Assembly: GCA_048213135.1 (NCBI GenBank)
Contig: PS015122.1
Location: forward strand, 65,381 to 129,380
Length of the DNA: 64,000 nucleotides
Source: Reclinomonas americana ATCC 50394
Taxonomy: Eukaryota
Direction of reading: 5' to 3'
A program made the translations under genes and the position numbers. The notes beneath the pieces were generated by a model that was given only the letters and a program-made list of their open reading frames with translations, was not told the origin of the DNA and ran no database searches. The first letter of the stretch is position 1, and each line of letters opens with the position of its first letter. Below are positions 46,998 to 60,264 of the stretch, one piece after another.

Positions 46998-48667
46998 ATG
47001 TTCCACGACTCGCCCTCCTCCTCCGACACTCAGACGCCGCCACCTCCACCTCCACCCGCCACTCCGCCTCCATCAGGACGCCCTCCCACTCCACTGGCCC
47101 TTCTCTTTGGTCAGCGCGGATCATCGCCCTCTGTGCACTCACCGGCCCCCACAGCCAGTGCCACCGGCCCTGCCACGCCATTCTCCCTGGCGCACCTTCG
47201 CGGTCAATCGCCGGCCGCCACACCGACGCAGAACACCAGTGGAGGTGGGTAATCGTGCGCCAATTGAAGTTGTACACCAATCCAGTTTGTTCATTGGCCG
47301 ACAATGAAAATGCAGCGGCGGCGGCGGCGGCATCGGCGGCGCCGGCGGCCAATTCAACTCCGTCCTTCTTTCGGCGTGTTCCGCAGAGGTGAGACGGAAG
47401 CCAGAAGAGAGAGAGAGTACAGGAAAATTAGTCAGAAAGGAGACAAGTCTTGACTCCTCTTGTGTTTCCACCAGTCTGAACTCTACATCTCTTCCTCACT
47501 TGCTCAACAATACTGTTGCTCTCAATCGACCACAACACCCACTTCACTTCTGTCTCCTCTCATCCCCCTCTCGTCACTCACAACAACCCCTCCTCCTCCT
47601 CCTCCATATCCCCCTCACCAGCCTCGGCATGCCACCAACCTCCGTGCCGAAGAACAGCTTCTTCCTCAACCGCCTCCGTCAGCCCCCGCCCCAGCCGCAG
47701 GAGCAGGAGCACGCGGAAGATGAAATGGACGGCGGCGGGGACAGCGACGTCGTCGTCGTGCCGCAGTCGCCGGTGCTGCAACGCGACCAGGTGCCTGTGC
47801 AAGTGGCCGCACGCTCTGTCGGCCTGCGCCCACCGATGCAGATCCCCACAACTCGCAAGCGCACCTCGGGAGACGCCTTCGGCTCCGGCAGCGACAACGA
47901 AGACGACGACGACGATGAGTACGACGGAGGTGTCGACGGTGGCGACGACGGCGACGAAGGCCGCTCGATGGATGGCCACGGCAGCTACCCCGCCTCGCCG
48001 GTCGTCAGCATGCGGGTTGACACGCCGGAAAAGTTGCGTCCATGTTCGGCAGTCGTTGCCGGTGATCTACCTTGCACTCACCATCACACAATACACACAG
48101 ACCGGCCATTCGAGCGCCAGCGCCGCCCAAGAAAGCAGTGCAGCCGCTGCGTCCCACGTCGGCGCCAGCACCTCCACCTCCGCCTCCGCCTCCGCCGCAA
48201 CGACGGGTTCCCCAGGCACCGCAGCAGCAGCCTGTGCAGAAAAAGTCGGCACCCGTGGCCAGCAAACCAGCACCACCGCCACCGCCACCGCAACAGGTGG
48301 TCATTGCCAATAGTGCCACGCGTCAGCGCGAGATGGAGGACGTGGAAGATGCCGCCGGCCAGGCAAGCACGACATGACACTCCGTGCAACACTCACATTT
48401 CACCTGACACGATCACACAGGTGGAACACACTGTCGGTCACATGCGCAAGCAGCAGGCGCAGCACAAGCAGGAGGTGCGGGCGTTCCAGAGTCGCCACAA
48501 TGACCTCTTGCGCTTCGTTGCCGAGTCCAAGGCACAGCTCGTCGAACTGAACAGTGCGTACTCACACCCCCATACTCCGCCGCCCTCACTCGCTCACTCA
48601 CCGAAAAACAGTGACCATGGTACGCCTCGACCGCCGCCTCTTGGCACTCGTGTCCACGGCCCCGTGA
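46998..48667 (+). CDS. Hypothetical Pro-rich disordered protein with a C-terminal coiled coil
   Basis: MFHDSPSSSDTQTPPPP.., acidic tract, RQREMEDVEDAAGQ|VEHTVGHMRKQQ..KAQLVELN; boundaries approximate. Confidence 0.55.
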
Positions 48668-48838
48668 TTACCCACGGCGACAGAAGAATGCAAGAAAGGA
48701 GCAGAACAAGTATACACACGCACACACACATCCTACAAGATACCAACACACATTCACTGTTTCACACACACACACACACAGACGTACACCTATTATCACA
48801 CCGAGAAGGAAAAAACATCAGTCACAACTACAAATATT

Positions 48839-50447
48839 CTAATCACGCGCCGCTACTTGGCGGCCGGTACCGATCAAGCGCGGGGTCACTCTGCTTCCAC
48901 AGCGATAAGCATCACCATTTTCAAAAGCGCACAGAGGATGAAAATGACGCAACGTTCTTGATGGCGGTCGAGAACTGGCGCGCGAGCTAGCACGTGAGCT
49001 GGATCGCCGCGCAGACACTAAATCGGCATCCGTAATCACGGGTATCGGTCTCTCGAGGCGCATCACCAGCCCATGATTCGTGCGCTCCTGCATCTTGAGC
49101 CACGCCTCACTGCCGTCAGGCGCCTCCATCACTACGGAGAAAAAGTGATAAGCAAGGGTCTTGCACGCACACACACACACACATCACCCGAGACGCAACA
49201 TTGTTTCCGCTGACTGGCGGCAAATGCTCGCGTCCGGGAGTGGTGCGTCGGAGACGCGTGCGAGGCCGGTGCGTGCAACTGCAGCCCAGGCCGGGATCCA
49301 TTGGAGGGCGATATTACGGGCAAGTTCACGTGATCGTCCATGTCGGCAAACTCGTACTCGTTGTAGTACGAGTGCTGCTCGTGAGTGCCGTGATAGTCGT
49401 CGTCGTCGTCGCCGCCATGGTCGTCGTCGCCTCGATCGTCATCGTCGGCCTCGGTAAGCGCAGGTGTGATGAGACTCGGATTGGCGGCCACCGACTGGCT
49501 CGAGGCAGTCCACCTCGTCGACGATGCGTTGCGCGAGGCATTGGTCGGGCTGCCCCACACAATCTTCGGAGCGGCGCCGTGCACGTGATGGCGCTGGTCC
49601 TGCCGCTGATAACGCGACTGCGGCAACCCAGCAGTGGAGGCAGTGGGGATTGAGGTCTGCGTCCTGCCCGAATTGCTCATGGACAGCATATCCCGCAGCA
49701 CAGTGACCGACGGCGTGGCCGCGGTGGAGACCGACGACTTGACCCAGGTGCGCGGCGTCGCCTGCACATCATCCTGCGCAGCCTCCGGCACCCGCCCCGT
49801 CACCATCCACCGATGCAGCGACTTGCCGCCCTGCACGCGCGCCGTCCGCACCAGGTCGCGGAGTTGCGATAGTGACAGATTGCGCGCGGCCACCATTAGC
49901 TCCTCTGGTTGCACGGCGGAGCCCGCCAGCACATCCGACGTCACATCCAGCACGTGATGCAGTGACTGCTCGCGGTGACTGTGGGGGCGGTCGGGTGAGC
50001 GCAGCGGCAAATTGCAACATTGACTTGACAATCGATTCATACCTTGCCGAGTTCGACAACAGCGATGCCGATGCCGTCTGCAAGTCGAGGGATGGCACTC
50101 CGGAGCGCGGTCGCGCATGCCGCTGCGTGCCAGTCAGAATCACATCCGACACGGCCGGCGCGAGAGTGAACAGCGGATCGCCCTTGTCGCGTTTCGATGA
50201 GCGTGCCCATGTGGTGGGACTGTGCGAGTGCAAGTGTTAAAATTCGCAAAGGGAAGGAGAAGGGAATGAGAAGGCCTCGAAACTTGCAATAGTGCCCGAT
50301 TCGATCTGTTTCCACAATTTTCTTGCGCTGCCGGTCGACATGGTGGATGCGATAGTGGTGCGACTGGTTGAGGAACTCGGAGAGCGACTCGTCGTGCCCG
50401 GCGGCCAGGCGCTTGCGGTGAAATGTGCTGGGGTCGCGAGCGAGCAT
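48839..50447 (-). CDS. Hypothetical multi-exon protein; 5' end uncertain (may extend to about 51.3 kb)
   Basis: Coding-like exons: ARDPSTFHRKRL..ETDRIGHY; EELMVAARNLSLSQLRDLVR; EAWLKMQERTNHG..VAARD*. Confidence 0.5.
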
Positions 50448-50559
50448 GCTGGCGTGGGATGGGGCGAGTGGTTTCTGCGGGAAGGGGGAGGAGGGGAAGG
50501 GTGAGGAGGAGGGAAGGAGAAGAGGGGAAGGCGATGACAGCAGCAGGATGTGAACGAGC

Positions 50560-50975
50560 AAGAACACGAAGGTGCTGAGAGGAAGGGGACACGGACGGTG
50601 ATGATCTGGTGAGAAGAACACGTTGGTTGCGAGGAGAACGGTTGACGACTGTGAGCGGAAGAAGATGGGGGAGCCAGCAACAGCAGCAGCAGCCAAAGAG
50701 ATGGTGGTGATTTGGTGAGAACGGCAGCAGCAGCAACAGGTTGCGAACGAGAAGAATGACAGGAACACGAAGGCGCTGAATGGAAGAGGAGACGGAAACA
50801 GAGAGATGTCGATGATGTGGTGATTGGTTGAGAAGAGAACGGCAGAAGCAGTAACAGAAGCGGGGTGTGAACGAGGAGGACGACAGGAAATCAAGGCGCT
50901 GAGCGAAAGAGGAACAGTCAGAGAGATGTTGATGATCTGGTGAGAAGAACTTGGAGAACGGCAGAAACAGAAGAG
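50560..50975. repeat. Degenerate purine-rich tandem repeat (3-4 mosaic copies)
   Basis: aagg(t/c)gctga..gatgat(c/g)tggtga..gagaacggcag recurs at about 50569, 50770 and 50893. Confidence 0.7.
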
Positions 50976-52940
50976 GAGGCAGGATGCGAAGAGGAGCATT
51001 AAGAATCCGAGTGAAAGAGGAGACCAGATATCTGCGGCAAGGTCACATGAACCGAGACGAGGGAGAACAAGAACAAAAACTGATGGAAAGAAAGTGAACA
51101 TCATCAAACGACCACAGTAGCAACAATGAGCGAGACTCCCTGCGATGCAGTGATTCGCTTTCCCCTTCCGTACATCCCACCGCATCTCACCGGTGCATTG
51201 TGCTGCAACCCGGACGCATCCACCAACGACACATTGCTGGCGTTCCGATCAAACGACGCCGGCGCAATTCCCTTCACAGCATTCTGCGCAGCAAAGCAAT
51301 GAGGCAATAGCAGAGAAGCTCAACAATGGGACAAAAGCAACGCAACCCCATCGGCGGCATCGCACTTGAGAAAGTCCCACGCTTTCTTCTGGTGAGCGGG
51401 ATTCCCTGCAAGAAAGGAAAAGAGAGTAAGAAACAGAATGTACGATCTCGCAGTCTTTGTCTACACTGCAGACTCTGCAGCTTCTCTCTCTTGCTCACAG
51501 CTTCTTGCTTCCGATTGTGCCTCTGCACTCTCACTACTTCACAATGTTCAGTCTCTCAGTTGCTTCCTGATTCCGCCTGCCTGTCTCTTCCCTCTGAGCC
51601 ATCTCTTCCGCTCTCGGGTTGGTTCAGCCTGTGCCTGTGTCAGCATTCTCCCTCGCTCTCTCTGTGTTGCTTCTCGAGTCTGCCCGCGCGTCTCAGCCTC
51701 TCACATTCTCATCAGCCTGTCTCTCTATCTCGAGCCTGGTTCTTCTTCTGTCTGTCTCTCTCCCTCAGAGTCGATCTCTCTTCTTCTCTCTCTACACTGG
51801 CTCGGCTTGAGCCTCTGTGCGCTTGCTCTGTGCTCTCTCTTTCTCTCTCTTGCCTCTTAAGTCTGCCTCTTCTTCTGTCTGTCTCTTTCCCTTGGTGTCG
51901 TTCTCTCTCTTCTTCTCTCTCTGCTCTCTCCCTTCTCCCCTTCTCTCTCTGTGCACTCCCTCACCTCTTGGCAATCGATGCTGGCCTCCATTCAACGCCT
52001 AACGGATACCAATAAAAAGGCAAGAGAGAAAGGGAAAAGAGCGAGATGCGACGAGTGCAAACCGCACATTAATCAAACACACACGCACACAGAGTGAGTT
52101 TCACACACACAAACACACAACACACTTTGTGTGTGTGTGTGTGCAGTAACATACCATTTCGGAGGTTGAAAGCGACTTGCGACTCTCACAATAAAAAAGT
52201 CGGAAGTTTTTCCCTGTGATTGCTGCGAGTTGCTGCTCCTTCTCCTCTCTCACACACTATGCACACACAAACACACGCACGCACGCACAGAGAGTGTGTG
52301 TGCGTGTGTGCGAGTGATTGCGGTCAAAACGGCGCGTGGCGGGACACGTGACGTTCGATTGCTGTCCGATCGTCGTGATCGATCTCGGCAGCGTGGACGC
52401 GCGTGCGGCTCTGCGCATGGTAATGGCTGCATTGTGGTGTTGGTGTGCTACTTCTCTTTTTTCCCTTGCCTTTGTTCGCGACGTCGACGTCGTGGTTCGC
52501 GGCCGGCCGACGCGCGCTGTGAGTTCGCGTACACCAGAATGATATGCTCTGCATTGTAGAGAACGATGGGCCGTGCTGTAGCCATGTCAGCGACGAGTGC
52601 CACGTCGAAGCTGCGCGAAGATCGTCGTCGTCATGATCACGAAAAGTCGCTGCGAAATCCACCGCGCAATTCCGCAAAGCGCAAAAGCCAGCCCACTACA
52701 TCCGCTGCCTCCAGTTCGACTCCATGTATGTTTTTCTCGCTGCTGGCAACAATTTGTTGCAGAACCGCAATCTACATCGCGATCGAGAAAACTGCATGCA
52801 ATCCAATATCCGGACACGCAGTTTCTTTCGAGCTCTCGAGCTCGCAGCAAGCGAGTGGCCACTCCCACACGAGTGCACGCATGAACACAACTACTTATAC
52901 GCACAGGACAAAGCATGCGCAATCCTCAATTCCATCACCA

Positions 52941-54757
52941 ATGCAAACGCAAAGATTACCTCTTTTCCTCCCTCTCCTTTGTTGCATCATCCTCGTGAGT
53001 GTCAGTCAATGTGCACTCGCCGGCACCTCTGTGGGCGTGACTGAGGTGTGCTTGGACATTGTTGGGCGCGGAGGAGTGGTGGATCCAGTGGCGCCTCCGC
53101 GCGGATTGCCTGTGACCTCGGCCGCGTGCAATGACCCCACAGAGACATTCATGTTGGCGTGGTACCCGGCGGATGATGGAGATGTGAAGTTGAGGGAGAG
53201 GGAGAGAGAGAGAGAGAGGAGAGATGAGATGAATGACAATGCATCTCTGTCTGCGTGTCTTTCTTCGCGTTGCATGCGTCTCAGTCTGTCTTTCTCTCTC
53301 TCTCTCTCTCTCTCNNNNNNNNNNNNNNNNNNNNGAGAGAGAGAGAGAGAGAGAGACAGAAAAGGAAAGAAACAGCACAAAAACATCGAGAGTGCGGCGA
53401 GTGTGTGCAGGAAGCAGAGAGCACAGACGACCAACCTGCTGCGTGACGACGGTGTTGGGATTGTTCGAGGCGTCAGTGGAGAAGAAGAGTGGCCGAGTGA
53501 ACAGATCCGATGTGTCGAGTTGCAGGCCACTCGGTGCCATCCAAGCATCTGCGAGGCGGTGAGTGTGGTGGTACGACGAGGAGAGCAAGAGCGAATGTCA
53601 CGAAACCGTAGATCACAGTGGCGACCAGGCGCTGATCCTTGAAGAGGTACGGTCCGTTGCCGAATGTCGAGGTCAGGTAGGCGCACACCTGACGAAGGGA
53701 GGCTGTTAATCGGAGATAGAAAGAGTGCGAGATAGTGCGTGACGATATTGATAACCACACCTTTTCTACAATCGCTTGGTAATTCTGTGGCTGCGGTCCA
53801 ACCAGTGCTGCACAAACCACCAGCCACCGTCAACACCCACAAACTACGCGTGACAATCACCAACATAAAACGCAACGCAGAATGCCAAACGAGCACTCGG
53901 GCAAGTCCACGCCACTGGCGTAAAACGCCGACAAGCCACCGAGTCCGTGACCCAGCACTGTCTCACACACACAATGAGTACTCTTTTCTTTCTCCCATTT
54001 GAAGCACCTCTCCCCCTTTTGCAACACACACCTGTAACCACAGCACCGGGATCCACCAGCTCCTTGAACCACGACGGATCGCCGTCGTGCTGCGAGAACG
54101 GCAGGACTCGATTGATGGCCGCGATAATGTCCAGCGGGCGCCACCACAGTGACTTGAAGTAGTACTCGTACCACAACTCGGTGAGCACCTGCGGCAGGCG
54201 GAAGCACCCATCCAACAGCGGATTCGCCGCCCAATCCAACTGCGACGACCCGTAGTGATTCGGCGCCACCACCACGTAGCCCTGCAGGGCGAGGTACTCG
54301 CCGAGGAAGGCGTACATGGCCGGCTGCGAGCACGAGTCGTGTGAGAGCGCAATCAGCGGGTAGCGGCGGCCGGATATCGGGCGCGCATTGAAGCGCGCCG
54401 TGCCGCGGTAGTCGAGCAGCGAGGTGATGTTGAGTTGCATGCGCTTGAGGGCGAGCTCGTAATCGCGTTGCAGGTAGGAGAAGAGGGGGGATCTGTGGTG
54501 AAGGGAATAGGGATTGGTGAGTGGGTGAGAGAGGCACAGGCAGGAGAGGAAGCATCCTCGTGCTCTGTCGCTGATTGCATGTGAGTCTGACTCTGTCTCT
54601 TTGAAGACAAGAGAGAAGAGAGAAGAGGAGAGACAGAGAGAGAGAGAGGAGGGAGGAGAGACAGAGAGACACAGAGAGACAGAGTGGAGGCAAGAGGANN
54701 NNNNNNNNNNNNNNNNNNGTCTCTCGTCTCGTCTCGTTCTTCTCTCTCTCTACTCTA

Positions 54758-54819
<62 letters not shown>

Positions 54820-55975
54820 CCCGTGCACTCACCGCTTTGTCGCCATCCACAGCGCTACAGCGACATCTCGCAGTCACAACCGAATCTACCCAAGGCCGAG
54901 GTGATTCTCAACGACGGCGGCAACCGTCTCTTCACCGACCTGTGTCAGCTTCCGCAGTCGGTGCGCACTGACCCGCAAGCATCGAGATTCATCGGTGACA
55001 CGAGCTTCTGCGACAAGCTGATGACGGACATTGGCACCTATTACAACGCGATCCAGGTGAGGGCGTCAATCCGCCTCCATTCGCACTGATCTCTCTTTCT
55101 CCACGCTTTCCCGGTCACTCTTTTTATTGTTGCTCTCTCATTCCTTCTGCTTGCTTATGGACGCCATGACGCAGTTGCCGCTGCTGGTCTTCCACTCTCT
55201 AGATCTGTTCTGGTCTCTGTTTCTCACTCCTTGTATCTGATCACTTCTGCTGCTTGCTTCGCACCTGCGAAATCTGTCTCTTTCTCTCTCCATTTAGTTC
55301 ACCACTCCTTCTGCTTGCTTGCATACCGCATCACGGGTTTTGCTTCATCCCCCTCCTGTCCATTCCTGTCACTCTGCTCTGCCTGCTTGCTTCCTCGCCC
55401 ACCACTCATTCAGCTTCCTTTGCCTTGTCTTTCCTTCCCACTCATTTTGCTGGCTCCATATCTCTTCCTCATGTCCTCCTTCTCCCTTCCGGCAGACCAA
55501 AACCGACAACTGGGCGGAGATCTTTGTGCGCCAGAACGTGGCGCTGGCGCGCGACATGTCCCTCCCCAACCTCGCCCAACCGGCGTCCGCCATCAGCAGC
55601 GCGACGAGCTCGCACGTGGCCGAGCTGGCCGAGGTGACGAGCATTGATTTCCGCGTCGCTTTCATTGCCACCACCTCGACGGCCTTTGCCATCATCGCCT
55701 GCCTCACTCTGTTTATCATGTGCTGCGAGCGTGGTGGAACGCACGCCGACTGGTCCAAGGTGGACGACGACTCGGACGTGGACGATTTTGCTGAGGACGA
55801 CGACGACGACGAGGACGACGGAGTCGACAACGACGCCACAGAGTTGGGCATTGCGGGGCTCGACGAGGAAACGGCGGCGGCGCTGCCAGTGGCCAACTCG
55901 ACTGTTGATTATGGCACAGATTCGCCAGCGCACCACGGTCGGGGGGCGACCCTGCGGCGCACTGGCAAGTCATGA
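52941..55975 (+). CDS. Type I membrane alpha/beta-hydrolase-fold protein (PAF-AH/dienelactone-hydrolase-like), probably catalytically dead; middle exons (53436-54492) lie on the minus strand between two gaps
   Basis: Signal peptide; LAWYPA; RYPLIALSH..YAFLGEYLALQGYVVVAPNHYGS; RPLDI; VLGHGLGG; C-terminal TM helix AFAIIACLTLFIMCC and acidic tail. Splice phases match at both junctions if 53335-54698 is flipped. Confidence 0.75.
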
Positions 55976-56155
55976 AGAAATATATAGGGAGGTAGTTGGC
56001 GAGGATGGCTGCGCAATGAATACATCATGGAGAATAGGTTGCATGTCATGCAAGTTTCAACCAGTTGTGTTTTATTCACAGAAAAGAAAACAAGGGGGAG
56101 CACGCCACAGCGGCCACATGTGTACAGGAGGGGGAAAAAGTTGTTTGTTGTGTTT

Positions 56156-56637
56156 TTACAAAGCTGGGCCACGCAGGCGGCGGTCGACCATGGCACGGGA
56201 GTGGCTCGCGCGCTCCTCAAACTCAGCGGCAATCTCCGCCATGCGCTGCTGCATCTCCCGCAGGCGCTCCACAGCCGCCACACGCTCGTCACCGAATCGT
56301 GCCACCACGCGATCAATGGCCTCGTCGAACGTCACTTGCAGATCGCGGAGACGCTGAATGGCGTCGGCGCGCTCCGGGTCCGTCAACCGCACTTGCACGG
56401 CAAACGTCGCCGCATCCACGCGCTCCTGTGTCGCGCGCATGCGCTCCACGGCATGTTCGCGATCCTCCTCCTCCTCCTCGTTCGCCTCCTCCTCCTCCTC
56501 CTGCTCGTCAAACTCGATCAGAGCCGCCGGCAAAGTGGTGACCACCGGCGTCTCGCACGTGCTGCCGTCGTGCGTCTCAAAGCACTCGCACATGCGCTCC
56601 AGCGGGTCGTACACGCCATTGTGGTTGCACTCGGCCG
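56156..56637 (-). CDS. 3' part of a gene: EGF-like Cys motif, acidic tract and coiled coil (5' part in the N gap)
   Basis: AECNHNGVYDPLERMCECFETHDGSTCE followed by poly-E and heptad-rich helices. Confidence 0.6.
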
Positions 56638-57210
56638 NNNNNNNNNNNNNNNNNNNNNNNNNNNNNNNNNNNNNNNNNNNNNNNNNNNNNNNNNNNNNNN
56701 NNNNNNNNNNNNNNNNNNNNNNNNNNNNNNNNNNNNNNNNNNNNNNNNNNNNNNNNNNNNNNNNNNNNNNNNNNNNNNNNNNNNNNNNNNNNNNNNNNNN
56801 NNNNNNNNNNNNNNNNNNNNNNNNNNNNNNNNNNNNNNNNNNNNNNNNNNNNNNNNNNNNNNNNNNNNNNNNNNNNNNNNNNNNNNNNNNNNNNNNNNNN
56901 NNNNNNNNNNNNNNNNNNNNNNNNNNNNNNNNNNNNNNNNNNNNNNNNNNNNNNNNNNNNNNNNNNNNNNNNNNNNNNNNNNNNNNNNNNNNNNNNNNNN
57001 NNNNNNNNNNNNNNNNNNNNNNNNNNNNNNNNNNNNNNNNNNNNNNNNNNNNNNNNNNNNNNNNNNNNNNNNNNNNNNNNNNNNNNNNNNNNNNNNNNNN
57101 NNNNNNNNNNNNNNNNNNNNNNNNNNNNNNNNNNNNNNNNNNNNNNNNNNNNNNNNNNNNNNNNNNNNNNNNNNNNNNNNNNNNNNNNNNNNNNNNNNNN
57201 NNNNNNNNNN

Positions 57211-58777
57211 CTAACTACCGCGGGCTAGCAGCACTGCGAGTACGGCGATGATCACCAGGCCGATCATTGCGGGGAGCAGAAAGGAACTGCTGGAGGAGCC
57301 GGCAGGTGCCGGTTTTGCAGAGGAGGAGGAGGATGATGACTGTGGAGCGGTGGCGGAGGATCGAGAGGCCGCCGAGGGCGTGGCAGACGAGGCGGAGACG
57401 GTCGAGGCTGGTGTGGCGACCGCCAGGTCGACCAGCTGGCCGTAGAGCGCAGTACCCGGGCTGCCTTCTGCGGAGTAAAGACACATGAGTTTGAGCGTCT
57501 CTCATCTCCTGCAATTCCCCCCCACTCACCATGCTCGACGAGCTGACCCGAATGTGTGCCGGTGCGTTCCGTGAGTGGGTGGTTCTCAGCAGTGGCCGCC
57601 GAAATGCCACGCAGACCCAGCAGCTGTTCTAGTCGCTCGCCCATGACCTGCAAGCGCGCCAGCGTGAGAGGCGAATCGCTCCCATAAGTCAGGAAGAGAG
57701 CGCAACATCCATCGAGTCGTCGACAAACAGGTGATCGTTGCACGTCACTTGCGGGATGCCGGAATCGACAAACACTCGGCGCGCCAGCGGATACACGAAA
57801 TCGGTGTCTGCATGGGAGGAGGATAAGGAGACGCACAATCTACTGCCTCCTGAAGCACGCCTGACCTTCGCGTTTCCGCAAATCGACTGCCGGTCGCTCA
57901 TCTTCGCCAACACCGCCACCGGCAAGGTGCACTCGCCACTGCAGTGTGGCGCACAAGTCGTTCTTGACGCACTACACAGACGGCGCCTGAGTGCTCATGC
58001 ACATGGAAGAGGGAGAGAAACAAGTGCCGACACCAACCTGCACGGCGTCGGCCACGCTCACTTTGCCGTCGACAATGCACAACGAGTTGGCACACAGCTG
58101 ATATCGACACGTGCCACGTGTGGGTTGATTGCTCGCGGCGTCGAAACCCACATGGGGGAGCATGGGGTCGCTCGACAGCAACTCCACCGTGTGCTGCGTG
58201 GAGAAATCAGTCGCTTCTATCGCCATCCGTTCTTGCATGTCCACACCAACCTGCTTGGCACGACCAAGCTCGTCCACTGTCTTGCCGTCTTGCGCGACCT
58301 CGCCGTCAATCAGCGCCACCATGGCCTGAATGCCGTCGCAGTACATGCGTACCACACGCTGCGTGAAAGGAGTCAGCAATTGATCGCGCAAGTGTCGCAC
58401 TGGAAGCATGTCAAACCTCCAAGTGGGCGTCGATGGCACTGCAACGTGGAAACGCGCAAGTGAGTGTGCAACAACCGCGCAAAATCTGCGGGAGAATCAC
58501 GCAACGCTGCCGACGTCGCCGACGCCAACACCGGCACCACCAGGTCGATTTCCAACCGCGACACCAGATGCTGCATCTTGGCCGTCACCGACTGCTGTGT
58601 TTTCCATGCAGCGGGTTGCAGGGCCACCGCGTTTGGGGGCGCAGCACTCTTCAGCGTTACTCTGTGAAAGGAGAACGGGGGAGAGGGCGGTGTGAGGATC
58701 ATTGTCAACCAACTTGCACTCACTGAATTGTATAAGCTTCCCTCTGCTCATGTGCAACTCACGGATTGAGTGGGCCG

Positions 58778-58838
<61 letters not shown>

Positions 58839-59942
58839 GAGGAGGAGGAGGAGGAGGAGGAGGAGGAGAGGAGGAGAGAAACAGAAGAAGAACAACAACA
58901 ACACCGACAGAGAAGAGCGCGCGCGCTCTCTCTCTCTCTTCTACTCGGTCCAACTTGTCCAAGTGCAACAAGAGACATGTCTCTGTCTCAACTCTCACTC
59001 TGGCTCCCTTCCCTCAAGGGCACCGTCGCAGTGTGCTCAAGCACCACTCGGGGAATGCCGCCTTCCAACATGCGCACGTGCAACAGAAATGCACGAGTTC
59101 TCTTCTTCCTTTGCACCATCGAAGCGAGCTTCTGTACAGTGATGATGCATACTGTCTGCGATCGCTCCTATCTCCCTTCTCCAGCTTGCATACGTACATC
59201 TGGTCTCCAAAAGCGCACGGAGAGTTGCCTCACTCTCCTCTCTTGCACCCCCTCTCCCTCTTTAACATGCATCAATCCATCTTGCACATGTCGACGGAGA
59301 GCTCTCTCTCGCTTGCTCGCTCTCCTCCTCCTCCTCCTTCTCCCCTCCACCGTCCACCCAACTTGCGCGTATGCTGATGCATGTGCAACACATAGAACGG
59401 ATGCTCCCGCGCGGCCGGACACTCCACTCGCACATGTCGCAGCAGCTCCGACAAGTACTGCGCATTCTCGCGAAACACATCCGTGTACGTGACCACATAC
59501 ACTCCCACGACCGGCACACCTCCGGGAAGCAGTCGACTCGCCTGTGCTGTGTGCGTCACGAGACAAGAAAGAGACAGTGGGAAGACACATGTATGTAAAA
59601 AGGGTACCTCGCGGACATGTTGTGCGACCCAGTGTGGTGTCAGAGTCGAGAATGAACGCTCAGCAGCACCTGCATGTGCATTCATCAATCACACGCTCTC
59701 TCTCTCTTTCTCTCACTTGTCACACTCACCTGAGGGCGGTGAGGGTGACGGAGCCACGTGGAAGCACACATGGCGATCGCCCAGTGCCTGTGAGGAGACA
59801 AGTGAGTGCGCGTGTGTGTGTGTGTCAGTCACATGTCACTCACCTGGCCAACGAGAATGCCCACGTCAAAGACGGTGCCAGCGCGACACAGGTCTTCTAG
59901 TACGGTGGACACAAGTCGCTGATCGCCGACAAGAGTGGCCAT
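57211..59942 (-). CDS. ODR4: ODR-4 homolog (tail-anchored ER protein)
   Basis: VGILVGQ..DRHVCFHVAPSP, HWVAQHVREV|ASRLLPGGVPVVGVYV, PLARRVF and a C-terminal TM anchor LLPAMIGLVIIAVLAVLLA. Confidence 0.85.
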
Positions 59943-60264
59943 TGCGTGTGTGTGTGAAAGAGGCAGAAGACAGCTACTGTAGACCGCGTTCGGGTTCGTT
60001 ATGTAGACGACTCTTTGCTGCTTGGGCTCGACAACAACAGCGACTTTGGCAATTCCAAACAGCAGCAGAGGTGTAGAATGATCACCATCTTGAGTAAGCG
60101 CCAGAAACAGAGACATTCCAGACGCTTTACGAGAGAAAATCGAAAAGTCATGTCAAGACTGGTGTTTGCGCTGATGCTTTGTTGTTGGCATCCTGCGAGC
60201 ATCTGGAAACAAGCACATACAGTCTACAGCAACATGTATTCCGTCTTCTTCTTCTTCTGGAGCC

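Noticed and set aside
50595-50940. TGATGA/CTGA motifs suggesting C/D snoRNAs
   Set aside because: Spacing is too long, there are no terminal stems, and they are antisense to the likely host gene.
50037-52015. Long Leu/Ser/Phe-rich ORFs that look like membrane proteins
   Set aside because: They are translations of CT-rich low-complexity non-coding DNA.
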